Position numbers and translations under genes: made by a program
Virus record (IMG/VR): IMGVR_UViG_3300007509_000009
Span: 1-50,942 of that record
DNA length: 50,942 nt
Source: a virus
Lineage: Duplodnaviria > Caudoviricetes
Direction: 5' to 3' (one strand)
Notes under the pieces: generated by a model
Told to the model about the DNA's origin: nothing
Database searches by the model: none
Seen by the model: the letters and a program-made list of their open reading frames with translations, nothing else
Part shown: piece after piece, positions 34,327-42,814 of the stretch
Layout of the letters: every line of letters starts with the position of its first letter
How positions within the stretch are numbered: the stretch's first letter is position 1

Positions 34327-34579
34327 CGTGTTTCCATGGCGGAATGTCGGGCCGGTGGAACCGTATGATGTGCTTGAGCATCCCCTTCATTTCAGCCGTC
34401 TCCACCTTGATGGCGGTCACATCTCCCGCAACCTTTTCGACCTTCTGGTCAATTGTCTCGTGAGATTTTTCGTTGTCGCTGAACTTCTGCTGGACATACC
34501 ACAGCACGCCACCAGCCATTGCGACCAGCAAGGAAACAACGTATTTCAGGGGAACCCCCTGCGCTACAAGATCATCCAC
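34313..34579 (-). CDS. Single-TM coiled-coil holin-like protein, 88 aa
   Basis: TM segment YVVSLLVAMAGGVLWYV followed by heptads. Confidence 0.6.
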   Translation of the reverse strand: MDDLVAQGVPLKYVVSLLVAMAGGVLWYVQQKFSDNEKSHETIDQKVEKVAGDVTAIKVETAEMKGMLKHIIRFHRPDIPPWKHDDHD

Positions 34580-34642
34580 AGTGAAGCCTTAGCGCGCTGA
34601 GAGTTTCGACGACTTAACGTGACTGCAGAACGGGACCTTAAC

Positions 34643-34972
34643 TCAGGTCTCTCTAATTTTATACCCCATGGATTCCAGGATCGCCTTCTTCAGCTTGAAG
34701 ACTTCGGTGCGGAACCCCTTCACGTCTTCAATGATGAAGGCGTCACCCTCCCAGTACGTGAAGTCGGCCACGTAGACCACTTTCCGCCCGTTGGGGTATC
34801 GCTTGGATCGATGCTTGAGGGGGCCGGCTGGCCCAATCAGGTTTATGCGGACCTGTTCCTGCAGGTCCCGAATCTCGCCGGCCTTCTCCAAGAGCTTCAA
34901 ATCCTGGGCGCGAGCGGCCTCCTTCGCGGAGTCGTAGCCGTCAGTCTTCCGATTGCGATACTTGCTTCTCAT
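34643..34972 (-). CDS. DUF1064 PD-(D/E)xK nuclease, 109 aa
   Basis: SKYRNRK, DSAKEAAR, YVADFTY, EDVKG. Confidence 0.9.
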   Translation of the reverse strand: MRSKYRNRKTDGYDSAKEAARAQDLKLLEKAGEIRDLQEQVRINLIGPAGPLKHRSKRYPNGRKVVYVADFTYWEGDAFIIEDVKGFRTEVFKLKKAILESMGYKIRET

Positions 34973-34978
34973 GGCTCA

Positions 34979-35386
34979 TCAGGCGCTTTCAGGCGGGGGA
35001 ATGGTGTAGCCATGCTCTCCCGCCAGAATGATCAGCTCGTCGATCAGCCGGCTGTACTCGTCCTTGCCCGCGTCTGCGCTGGAGGCATTGGGCACCTCGC
35101 GCACCGTCCCCCCAAACCGGACAGTCTTGGACACGCCAAACGCCCGGCACTTACACTCGTTGTGGATGAAAGCCTCGGACTCCTTGGCGTTCATCCCTAG
35201 CTCGGCCCCGAAGGCCTTGAGCACGGTCCAATAGTAGCCGCGCTGCTCTGACGTGTGCAGCACCTTGGGCTCGCCAAAGCGCACAACGAACGGGCTGCCG
35301 GCCTGGTAGCGCCCCTTTATTTCATCCATTGCCTTCTGGGCTGCCGCTTTAGCCCCCTTGTTAACGACTATCTGCTGGTTTGCCAT
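34979..35386 (-). CDS. NinB/Orf-like recombination protein, 135 aa
   Basis: TSEQRGYYW...SSADAGKDEYSRLIDELIILAGEHG. Confidence 0.75.
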   Translation of the reverse strand: MANQQIVVNKGAKAAAQKAMDEIKGRYQAGSPFVVRFGEPKVLHTSEQRGYYWTVLKAFGAELGMNAKESEAFIHNECKCRAFGVSKTVRFGGTVREVPNASSADAGKDEYSRLIDELIILAGEHGYTIPPPESA

Positions 35387-35922
35387 AGAGGTCCTCGTAG
35401 CTGTGCATGCGGATCTTCTCAGGGATCTCGCACACTCTGTTGAATGCTGCGATCAGACTTGCGGTCCCACTCCGCTTTAGCTGATCGGCCAGTGCTCTGC
35501 TGCTGGGCTCTCTGTCCACAGTGTCGGCGATCTCCCGGACCACTTCTTTGGAAAGGTTCACGGCGGCGCTGATGGACTCCTGTGTGAAAGTGTGACCACG
35601 GTTTACCATGGCGGAGGACCAGGACATCCAGGTCAAGCCGCGCAGTTTGTCCGTAAAAATATGCCCGACGCTGCGGGGATCGTCGTCAGGCTCGACCACC
35701 TGACGCTGAGCAGCTTGTGGCCCCATGATGATCGCCCGGCATTGTGGCGCGTTGGGCATCTGGCGTTCACCGTACTTCCTTAGCTCCACCAGGCCGCGAG
35801 CCATTGCCGGCGGGGAGATGTCGTCAAGGTTGTCGGCCCACGTCCCGGATGCGTCCCGCGAATCTACTCGCTTGAACGCTGACGGGTAGTTATCCCTTAA
35901 CACGCTCCACACGGCGAGCACG
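35361..35922 (-). CDS. Helicase loader/inhibitor-like protein (lambda P / SPP1 G39P-like N-terminus); start uncertain
   Basis: LRDNYPSAF...TWADNLDDIS...MPNAPQCR pattern; follows the initiator-like gene; frame is open up to 36080. Confidence 0.55.
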
Positions 35923-36237
35923 TTGGGCGACCTGCCGTAATTCGGCTGCGGTCGGTAGTCTTGCTCCACCGTTGATATGCTGTTCGATGAGGTCTGCGGC
36001 ACTATGTCCTGCGCTCTCGTCGGGCCAAACGTCCTGCCATCCATTGATGATGCTCCTGTCCAGTAGCTGGTTTGGGTCATGGCCTTCGCCCATGAGGCGG
36101 GCCAACTTTCTCATGAGTCGCTTCTTCGCGACATCGGTCATGGGTTTCTTGATGCCCTTGCGGTGGGCGATGAAATCCTCCCAGGTCTCGGCGTCGAGCC
36201 AGTCCGGCACCAGGGCGTTGTTAAACAGATCGGTCAC
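35890..36237 (-). CDS. Stand-alone C-terminal domain of a lambdoid replication initiator, 115 aa
   Basis: PDWLDAETWEDFIAHRK..KKPMT...GHDP...SIINGWQDVW; GTGA coupling, GGAGG RBS. Confidence 0.72.
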   Translation of the reverse strand: MTDLFNNALVPDWLDAETWEDFIAHRKGIKKPMTDVAKKRLMRKLARLMGEGHDPNQLLDRSIINGWQDVWPDESAGHSAADLIEQHINGGARLPTAAELRQVAQRARRVERVKG

Positions 36238-36746
36238 ACAAGCCTCCAGACCCTAACAAGCCGGCTGTGGTTCTTTACTCGCTCCGACTTCTTGAACTGG
36301 CCGGTGAACTGCCAATGGCTCTCGGCGAATATCGACCCAGCCGCCGGCCCCAGGGTTGTCACCCCATGCCGAGACTCCAGCACGCGGCCAACTCGATCTG
36401 AGTCACACTGCCTATCTGCGTCATCGGTCGCAATCTCCATCGCGATCTCCCTCGCCAGGGCCAGGTCGCCCTGCTGGGCGTTGGCGGCCAACTCCATCCC
36501 CTCGGATTTAAGGCGGTCAGATTCTTCGCCATTAAAGAGCCCTTCTTGTCTGGGCGCATACAGAGACTGAACGGCATCGTAATACTCTAGGGCCTCGGTG
36601 ACGTTTGGCCAGTTACCCGGCACCAGCTCCCCGCCCTTTGTCATGGTGCAGACGGTTCTCCCGCCCACCTTCGCCCAGCTGATGGCCCAAACTCCGTTCT
36701 TGATCGCGTACTTGCCCCAACGGGACCAACCTTTGGGTAAGTTCAC
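36234..36746 (-). CDS. Hypothetical protein, about 170 aa
   Basis: AAGGAGG RBS before the GTG at 36746; C-terminal GSIF...NHSRLVRVWR motif. Confidence 0.65.
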   Translation of the reverse strand: MNLPKGWSRWGKYAIKNGVWAISWAKVGGRTVCTMTKGGELVPGNWPNVTEALEYYDAVQSLYAPRQEGLFNGEESDRLKSEGMELAANAQQGDLALAREIAMEIATDDADRQCDSDRVGRVLESRHGVTTLGPAAGSIFAESHWQFTGQFKKSERVKNHSRLVRVWRLV

Positions 36747-37036
36747 CCTAACCTCCTTGTTTTCCTTGATGGGTAGGCTGGCCGGTGACCCGGGCACAGA
36801 CCCCCCGACCCCCCATGTTACTTTTGGTAACACAGCAGGCGGAGAGTCGATGCTGAGAGATAGGCTAGACCGTATATTCCCAGGCATCCCGGCATGCAGA
36901 TTAACGTCACCTTGCCGCTCCCACCCTGTGACGGACGTCGTTGCGCGCTACAAGACGTTCTGGGACAATCTCGCCGCTCGGTGCGGTCTATGGATTTCCT
37001 GTGAGTCTGTAGCCCGGCCACGACGCCGAGTTCTGC

Positions 37037-37066
37037 ACTATATGCGCCCCCGAGACTCTCCGTCAA
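37037..37066 (-). promoter_or_regulatory. Sigma70-type promoter embedded in an inverted repeat
   Basis: TTGACG-18-TATAGT within GCAC..TGCGCCCC / GGGGCGCA-GTGC arms. Confidence 0.55.
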
Positions 37067-37078
37067 CGGGGCGCAGTG

Positions 37079-37282
37079 CTATGCGTTGTCGTAAAGCTCC
37101 TCATGGTCGCCCAGCACCAGTCGGACCAGCCCCACGCCCTTCATGGTTACGCGCTGGTCACGATGGATGTCCTCCCCTTGAAAGTCAGGGCTTTCGCATT
37201 GACACGGGTCACCCCAGCGATTCTCTGAGAGACGCGTTCTTACGACACCGTCGCCGAGAACCTCAATGGTCAGGTAGCTCAT
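37079..37282 (-). CDS. Hypothetical protein, 67 aa, divergent from the cro-like gene
   Basis: ATG just downstream of the leftward promoter; no HTH visible. Confidence 0.55.
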   Translation of the reverse strand: MSYLTIEVLGDGVVRTRLSENRWGDPCQCESPDFQGEDIHRDQRVTMKGVGLVRLVLGDHEELYDNA

Positions 37283-37299
37283 GTGCTGCCCTGGTGCTT

Positions 37300-37344
37300 A
37301 AAGTTTGCGAAGCTTAACACAGGGTGTTACCATTCGCCAACTTT
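37300..37344. promoter_or_regulatory. Divergent promoter/operator switch with two inverted operator-like sites
   Basis: Imperfect inverted repeat (16/20); + strand TTGCGA-17-TACCAT and - strand TTGGCG-18-TAAGCT, both with extended TG. Confidence 0.78.
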
Positions 37345-37360
37345 TACGAAGGAGAGCATT

Positions 37361-37564
37361 TTGGCAAGGGCACAAAACGTCCGGGCACAGGACTATATTC
37401 GCAAGCACGGGCAGCGCGAGGTCGCCCGACAACTAAGCGTTAACCCGGGCACAGTACACAGCTGGCTGGAGAGCGACCGTCCGATTGTGATCAAGTTGAT
37501 CCAGGGCCTACCGGTTGAAGTCTCTGTCACCAAAGTGCTGTGGCCGAGAGAGGAGAGCGCATGA
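37361..37564 (+). CDS. cro: Lambda Cro-like repressor, 67 aa
   Basis: TTG start with AAGGAG RBS; QDYIRKHGQREVARQLSVNPGTVHSWL then a beta-hairpin RPIVIKLIQGLPVEVSVTKVLWP, paralleling lambda Cro. Confidence 0.75.
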   Translation: MARAQNVRAQDYIRKHGQREVARQLSVNPGTVHSWLESDRPIVIKLIQGLPVEVSVTKVLWPREESA

Positions 37565-38337
37565 CAGACGCAAAAACAAACCAGGAACTCGTTCCCAGGG
37601 AGGAGCCACAAAACGAAGACCGCAGCGCCCTCGTCGAGCTGATCGACAAGGTTGCCACGAACCCAGACGTTGACGCCTCGAAGATGAGCGAGCTGCTCGC
37701 CATCCAAGAGCGGATCTGGGACAGGGAGGAGGAGCACGCCTATAACGTGGCGATGCGCCAGGCGCAGCAGGACATGCCCCAGATTCATGCGGCAGACGTG
37801 AACACGCACACGAAATCCAGTTACGCAAAGCTGCACCGGATCATCAGGGCCATCACTCCGGTCTACACCCATCACGGCTTTAGCCTGAGCTTCTCTCAGG
37901 TGGATTCCCCGCTGGCGGGGCACATCCGCATTGAGTGTGAGGTGTCCCACATTGCGGGGCATACCAAGCAGAAGTTCTTAGACCTGCCAGTGGTGGACAC
38001 CGGGATCAAGGGAGAGAAGAACATGACGCTCACCCACGCACAGGGGTCGGCTTTCAGCTACGCCCGACGCTACCTGACGCTCATGGTGTTCAACCTGGCG
38101 ACAGGAGATGACGACGACGGGAATGCCGCCGGCACCGTTGAGTACGCGTCCCAGGAACAGATCTCTCGGCTCCATACGCTATTTGACAAGTCGTCCAACG
38201 AGAAGTGGGTGAAGGACACCAAAGAGTGGCTGCACAAGGCGCACGGGGTGGCAGACATCGAGCTGATCCCTGCGAACAAGTTCGAGGGGATCTACCGTGC
38301 CGTGTTCGCGGCCACCGGGCTGGGAGACAAATCATGA
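37561..38337 (+). CDS. ERF-family single-strand annealing protein, 258 aa
   Basis: SSYAKL...HGFSLSF...SHIAGH...QGSAFSYARRY...DDDGN. Confidence 0.9.
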   Translation: MTDAKTNQELVPREEPQNEDRSALVELIDKVATNPDVDASKMSELLAIQERIWDREEEHAYNVAMRQAQQDMPQIHAADVNTHTKSSYAKLHRIIRAITPVYTHHGFSLSFSQVDSPLAGHIRIECEVSHIAGHTKQKFLDLPVVDTGIKGEKNMTLTHAQGSAFSYARRYLTLMVFNLATGDDDDGNAAGTVEYASQEQISRLHTLFDKSSNEKWVKDTKEWLHKAHGVADIELIPANKFEGIYRAVFAATGLGDKS

Positions 38338-38492
38338 CGCTGATCATTGCTTGGATTCTGATCGAGGCCCATGACCTGGGCTTTTGGTGGGCGCTGGCGG
38401 CTGCCGGGGTGTGGGTTGGCCGCGTCCTGAACGCCCGATACCTAGCCAAGACGCGGGCATCGAGTTCTTCATCTGGCTGGTCAGACTGGTGA
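38334..38492 (+). CDS. Small membrane protein, 52 aa
   Basis: ATGA and GTGA coupling; hydrophobic. Confidence 0.55.
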   Translation: MTLIIAWILIEAHDLGFWWALAAAGVWVGRVLNARYLAKTRASSSSSGWSDW

Positions 38493-39112
38493 TCCGCTAC
38501 GACATTGAACAAGGAACGCCCGAGTGGCACCTGCTGCGCTTGGGCCTGCCCACCGCGAGCGAGTTTGGCAAACTGGTCACCCCAGTGGAGATGAAGCCCT
38601 CCAAGCAAAGCGACGACTACGCCCGGACTTTGGCCGCCGAGCTGTGGACCGGCGAGCTGGTCGATTCATTCACCGGGAACGCGTTCACAGAGAACGGCAA
38701 GGCCTCCGAGGAGGCCGCCAGGCTGTACTACGCGATGCTAACGCACCGCAGCGTGGAGACGGCGGGGTTTATAATGAACGACGAGTTAGGTGCGGGAGCG
38801 AGCCCAGATGGGCTCATGTTGGGGGATGCCGGGGCATTGGAGATAAAAAGCTGTGGTGCAAAGCGGCACATCCAATGCCTCGGCCTTTCTGAGTGCCCGC
38901 GTGAGTACCGCGCTCAGTGCCAGGGGATCTTGATGGTCGGCGAGCCCGAAGGCATCCAGTGGGTGGACCTGCTCATGTACGCGCCCAACCTGCCGTGCAA
39001 AGTGTTTCATGTGGAACCAGACCTGAAGTACCAGGCCGCCCTGCGTAAGCAGCTGGCGCTGGTAAGGGCCGAGCGCGACCGCTACTACGACATCATCGAA
39101 GGATCTGCTTAA
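38489..39112 (+). CDS. YqaJ/lambda-exonuclease-family nuclease, 207 aa
   Basis: QGTPEW..LR.G..TASE, GASPDGL, LEIKS, QCQG. Confidence 0.92.
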   Translation: MIRYDIEQGTPEWHLLRLGLPTASEFGKLVTPVEMKPSKQSDDYARTLAAELWTGELVDSFTGNAFTENGKASEEAARLYYAMLTHRSVETAGFIMNDELGAGASPDGLMLGDAGALEIKSCGAKRHIQCLGLSECPREYRAQCQGILMVGEPEGIQWVDLLMYAPNLPCKVFHVEPDLKYQAALRKQLALVRAERDRYYDIIEGSA

Positions 39113-39381
39113 TGCTGGTTTACGAGAGCATTGGACCGCTGAACGTCCGTATCTACGACAAAGACGTCTCGGACTTTCCGTTCGAGATTCACCTCTTCGG
39201 AGAGGAGCAGGCCGGGATCAGGACGCGATCAGCTTTTGAGTTTGACCTGCAGCAGGCGAAGAAACTACGAGACATTCTGTCCAAGGGGATCGCGGCCAGA
39301 GAGAAGAACCTCGGGCTACATGACGACGCCGGCACGGCAGCGATCAATCTGCGCCATGGCGAACCTGCGGAAAGCGGCTAG
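39112..39381 (+). CDS. Hypothetical protein, 89 aa
   Basis: TAATG coupling. Confidence 0.6.
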   Translation: MLVYESIGPLNVRIYDKDVSDFPFEIHLFGEEQAGIRTRSAFEFDLQQAKKLRDILSKGIAAREKNLGLHDDAGTAAINLRHGEPAESG

Positions 39382-39631
39382 AGGCGCACCGTGTTGCATC
39401 CGGCAGCCGGGGTGCGCGCCGGGCCCGGGCAACGAAACCGTGGTCCTATGCCACCGGAGAGGCGCTGGGGTGGCCGTGAAGAGCGACGATACCGACGCCT
39501 GCCTGGGATGCCACTCCTGCCACGATGTCCTGGATGGACGCCGTGACGGGCTCTTGGGGGACTATGACGAAGTCTTCGAGGAGGCCAAACGCCTTACACA
39601 CGTCTACTGGAAAAGACGGGGGTTAATGTGA
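39356..39631 (+). CDS. DUF1364/YbcO-like Zn nuclease-like protein, 91 aa
   Basis: LRKAARG..C.IR.PGC...ETVVLCH...KSDD...GCHSCHDVLDGR. Confidence 0.85.
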   Translation: MANLRKAARGAPCCIRQPGCAPGPGNETVVLCHRRGAGVAVKSDDTDACLGCHSCHDVLDGRRDGLLGDYDEVFEEAKRLTHVYWKRRGLM

Positions 39632-39915
39632 CGAGCCTGCGAACAGCGATCAACGACAAGTGTCTTGATTGCATTTATGACGAGGAAGTACCCGGCGGGC
39701 CAACCGAGCAGATCCATCTCTGCACGGCCATGGACTGCCCGCTGTGGGAGGTAAGAAAAAGGCTGTATCTGAAGGACCCCAAGTCCGCTGGTACTCCCAC
39801 CCGGCTCAGGAAGCGCCTGCAGGAGGCAGGGGTGCCCGACCATAAAGCCCACCAAATCATCTACGGACAATCGGCAGAAGAGGGAGGGGAGAATGACTCA
39901 CCCAACGCCAATTAA
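39628..39915 (+). CDS. Cys-rich phage protein, 95 aa
   Basis: AINDKCLDC...C...DCPLW..R. Confidence 0.7.
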   Translation: MTSLRTAINDKCLDCIYDEEVPGGPTEQIHLCTAMDCPLWEVRKRLYLKDPKSAGTPTRLRKRLQEAGVPDHKAHQIIYGQSAEEGGENDSPNAN

Positions 39916-40267
39916 GTACAACCCGGACAAGCCAGACGGCAAGCCGCTGAATTGGCTGCATATCGAGGGGTGGACCATTGCCGAGCTGTCCGCCGAGATG
40001 CAGCGGGCAACGGGGCTGTCGGTGCCGCACAAGCGCATCACCTCGTGGGAGGTCACCACTGGTCACCGCATGCACAGGCGCTGCGTGAAGTGCGAGCGCA
40101 AGCTGTCTTTTGCCAGCTTCCTTCTGGACGACGAGAGGAGCATCTCGCGCAAGTGCGGGCTATGCCGGCGCAACGATCAGCCGAAAAACTTGATCGTCCT
40201 GGAGGGGGACGCGTTCATAGCAACCAGGCCCTTCGGCATCTGCCGCCAGCGGGGGAGCAGAGCATAG
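39893..40267 (+). CDS. HTH plus Zn-finger protein, 124 aa
   Basis: GWTIAELS...RITSWE; CVKC...CGLC; GGGAGG RBS. Confidence 0.6.
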   Translation: MTHPTPIKYNPDKPDGKPLNWLHIEGWTIAELSAEMQRATGLSVPHKRITSWEVTTGHRMHRRCVKCERKLSFASFLLDDERSISRKCGLCRRNDQPKNLIVLEGDAFIATRPFGICRQRGSRA

Positions 40268-40274
40268 TCCCGGT

Positions 40275-42797
40275 CTACGTGATCGCGATACCCCAGGAGC
40301 TTTCGGCCTTCACGTACCACTTCGAGTCCACCCACTTCAGGGTGACGCTCGCGCCCACCTCGGAGAACACGATTGACGTTCCCACCGCGATGTTGGAGTC
40401 TGCATCAGGCTCCAGAGTGCCGTTGCCGCCATCGGTCTTCATGAAGATCTCGACCTCCTGGCCCTCGAACTTGCCATCGGCGATCTCCAGAGCCTCGGCC
40501 CCGCCGGTTACCAGCATAATGGTCTTCGAGTAGATGCTGACCGGGATCGTGCCCGCGCCCGAGTTGTAGGTGACCACCTGGCCCTGGACCAGCCGTGGGG
40601 CGACACCGTTCGCCACATCGCCCTCGATGACCCGCTGCACTTCCACGTCAGAGGCGTTGTCCTGCACGTAGACGCCGTACCGCTGGCCTGAGCCAACATT
40701 CCAGTGAGTGATGCTCGCGCCGCTTTCATTGACAAGCGTGCCCCCGTTCAAGTCTGTAACGGAGTAGTCTTCGTTGACGGTATTGACCGCCGTCACCTCC
40801 AGCTTGGTGTTGTTGACACCGTTAGCGAACCCAGTAGTGACCGCGATGGTATCGCCCACCACAGCCGTGGTCAGGTTGCCCGCCGCCGACTTGATCTTGC
40901 CGGTGGAACCAGAGGCATCGGTGATTGCGCCGTCCGTGACCGCCGTAGACGTGGTCGCGTCCCCGCCACTCTCCTGCTTGTTGCCGGAGATCACGGAGAT
41001 CATCACGCTCGACGGGCCGTTCACATATACCCCGGCCCTCTCCAGGTCGGTCTCCAAAGTGTCCTTGCCGTTATCCTGAGCCACGCACCCGGAAATGACT
41101 ATTCGCTCGTAGTTCGCGCCGACATGGAACCCGGCGTCGTAGTTGTCGTACCCGTGGCAGCCGACAAAGCTGACGTCGTCACTAGCAACTGAGTACCCGT
41201 GGGCGAAGTTGTCCCACGACGTGCAATTGGTGAGGGACTTGCCGCCATTCATAAAGCAACCGGTGAGCCCGTTGTAGCCGAAGCTGCAGCCTTCGATGCG
41301 ATTGTCTCCGCCGGAAAGGCGCAGGCCATCACCCGCGTTGGCCGTGAACTCGCAGTCCCCGAAGTAGGACCCGCCAAAGCTCTTGAAGCCCGCTATGTTG
41401 TCACCGTCCAGGGTGAGAGAGAACCCGGTGCCCGATCCGGTGGTGCCCGTCTGTGACAACGTGTCCCCGTCTTGAATCGTGCCGACCTGGCCGGAGTTGT
41501 CCACCGTAAACTGGGTGACCGCGCCCGTGCTGACTGCATCCACGGTGACCGTCACCCCGTCCGTAACGGTGATTACATCACTCACCGCGTGGCCGCTTCC
41601 GCCCGCGAACGTGCCCTCGCTTGTTGGACTGTTGTCATAGGAGGTTTCATCCTGGCCGTCTATCACATGGCCAAAGGTGCCGGTGACCGTCTTACAGCCC
41701 TCCTCCGCCCAGTGGCTTATTGTCAGGTTAGAGAAGCGGGCGTTACGGATTCCTTCGCAGTAGACCCCTATGCCGCGAGAGTTGTTAGCGGTCGCGCTGC
41801 CGCTGCTTGGGTTGGCCGTGCCAGTGGCCCGGCGGTTGCCGTAAATGACCAGGTCCTCCAGGCCGCCGCCCCAGCGTGCGCCGGTATCCGTGCCTTGGTA
41901 CTGAAACCAGATAAAGGGGTAGTCCCCTGAGTTATCCGGGTGCTCGGTCAGGGAGGCGGAGTCTTTCAGCTTGATCACGGAGCCGAATAGCTCGATGTTC
42001 TCGCACTGACCGAAGATGTCCCCAATATGCCCGCCATCCCCATACAGCGTAATCCCAGGCTGGGTGACCTTGATGTTGTCGGACGAGATATACACCCCAG
42101 TGGGGAAGTAGACCCGCGCACCCTTCAGACTGGCCGTGTCCTGAATGTAGGAGATGCAGTTCATAATCGCCGTGCGGTCGTCGGTCACGTTGTCGCCCTT
42201 CGCACCAAATTGCTTGACCGATATGAAGTTGTACCAGATCAGTTTCCAGCGTGCGCCATCGGTGCCCACGATGATCGAGCCGCCGTTATCCGACGAGGTG
42301 GTGTCTGAGGTGTCGTGCCAGTAGTGTCCGCCTCCCCCGTCCCCCTCGTCGTAGTATCCCGTAACAAAAGCGCGGGTGGTGGAGGTGCTGTCGAGCGCCT
42401 TCAGGGCATCAATGTCGGTCACCACCGGCATGCCCGTGAGGCTGCCCACCAGGGAGCGCGAGAAGGTGAGGTTGTTGGTGCCAATGTCCACCGTGTCGGC
42501 TGTTGTTAGCCGGTACACGTCGCCATTGGCCAACGGCACGAGGGTTCCCTTGCGGACATCGCGGGTGCCATCGAAGTCCTTCGCCCGGACCCAGGCCGCA
42601 TTCGCCTTCACGATGTAGATGCCGTTCTCGGTGGTGGCGGTCTGGTTCTTTACCAGGACGCGGTCACCGTCTACGACCGCTACGCCATTGACCGTCTGCT
42701 CACCCGAAAGGGTGAGGTTCGCGGTGCTTTCTACCAGGACGGGGGCCTTGATGCCCTCGTCGGAGGTGAAACCTATAACTCTGTCCGTTGAAGCCAT
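40275..42797 (-). CDS. Tailspike / receptor-binding protein with pectate-lyase-like beta-helix, 840 aa
   Basis: LSGEQTV...GDRVLVKNQ...ENGIY N-terminus; SVKQFGAKGDNVTDDRTAI...VYFPTGVY; beta-helix repeats. Confidence 0.88.
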   Translation of the reverse strand: MASTDRVIGFTSDEGIKAPVLVESTANLTLSGEQTVNGVAVVDGDRVLVKNQTATTENGIYIVKANAAWVRAKDFDGTRDVRKGTLVPLANGDVYRLTTADTVDIGTNNLTFSRSLVGSLTGMPVVTDIDALKALDSTSTTRAFVTGYYDEGDGGGGHYWHDTSDTTSSDNGGSIIVGTDGARWKLIWYNFISVKQFGAKGDNVTDDRTAIMNCISYIQDTASLKGARVYFPTGVYISSDNIKVTQPGITLYGDGGHIGDIFGQCENIELFGSVIKLKDSASLTEHPDNSGDYPFIWFQYQGTDTGARWGGGLEDLVIYGNRRATGTANPSSGSATANNSRGIGVYCEGIRNARFSNLTISHWAEEGCKTVTGTFGHVIDGQDETSYDNSPTSEGTFAGGSGHAVSDVITVTDGVTVTVDAVSTGAVTQFTVDNSGQVGTIQDGDTLSQTGTTGSGTGFSLTLDGDNIAGFKSFGGSYFGDCEFTANAGDGLRLSGGDNRIEGCSFGYNGLTGCFMNGGKSLTNCTSWDNFAHGYSVASDDVSFVGCHGYDNYDAGFHVGANYERIVISGCVAQDNGKDTLETDLERAGVYVNGPSSVMISVISGNKQESGGDATTSTAVTDGAITDASGSTGKIKSAAGNLTTAVVGDTIAVTTGFANGVNNTKLEVTAVNTVNEDYSVTDLNGGTLVNESGASITHWNVGSGQRYGVYVQDNASDVEVQRVIEGDVANGVAPRLVQGQVVTYNSGAGTIPVSIYSKTIMLVTGGAEALEIADGKFEGQEVEIFMKTDGGNGTLEPDADSNIAVGTSIVFSEVGASVTLKWVDSKWYVKAESSWGIAIT

Positions 42798-42814
42798 GGT
42801 GTCAATTAACCCTC

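Noticed and set aside
39744-39756. 13-nt match (one G-U) of sRNA loop 3 to GTGGGAGGTAAGA
   Set aside because: Mid-CDS and not at a start codon; could be chance and needs a statistical test
40275-42797. Diversity-generating retroelement, as in BPP-1-like phages
   Set aside because: No reverse transcriptase motifs and no template/variable repeat pair seen anywhere
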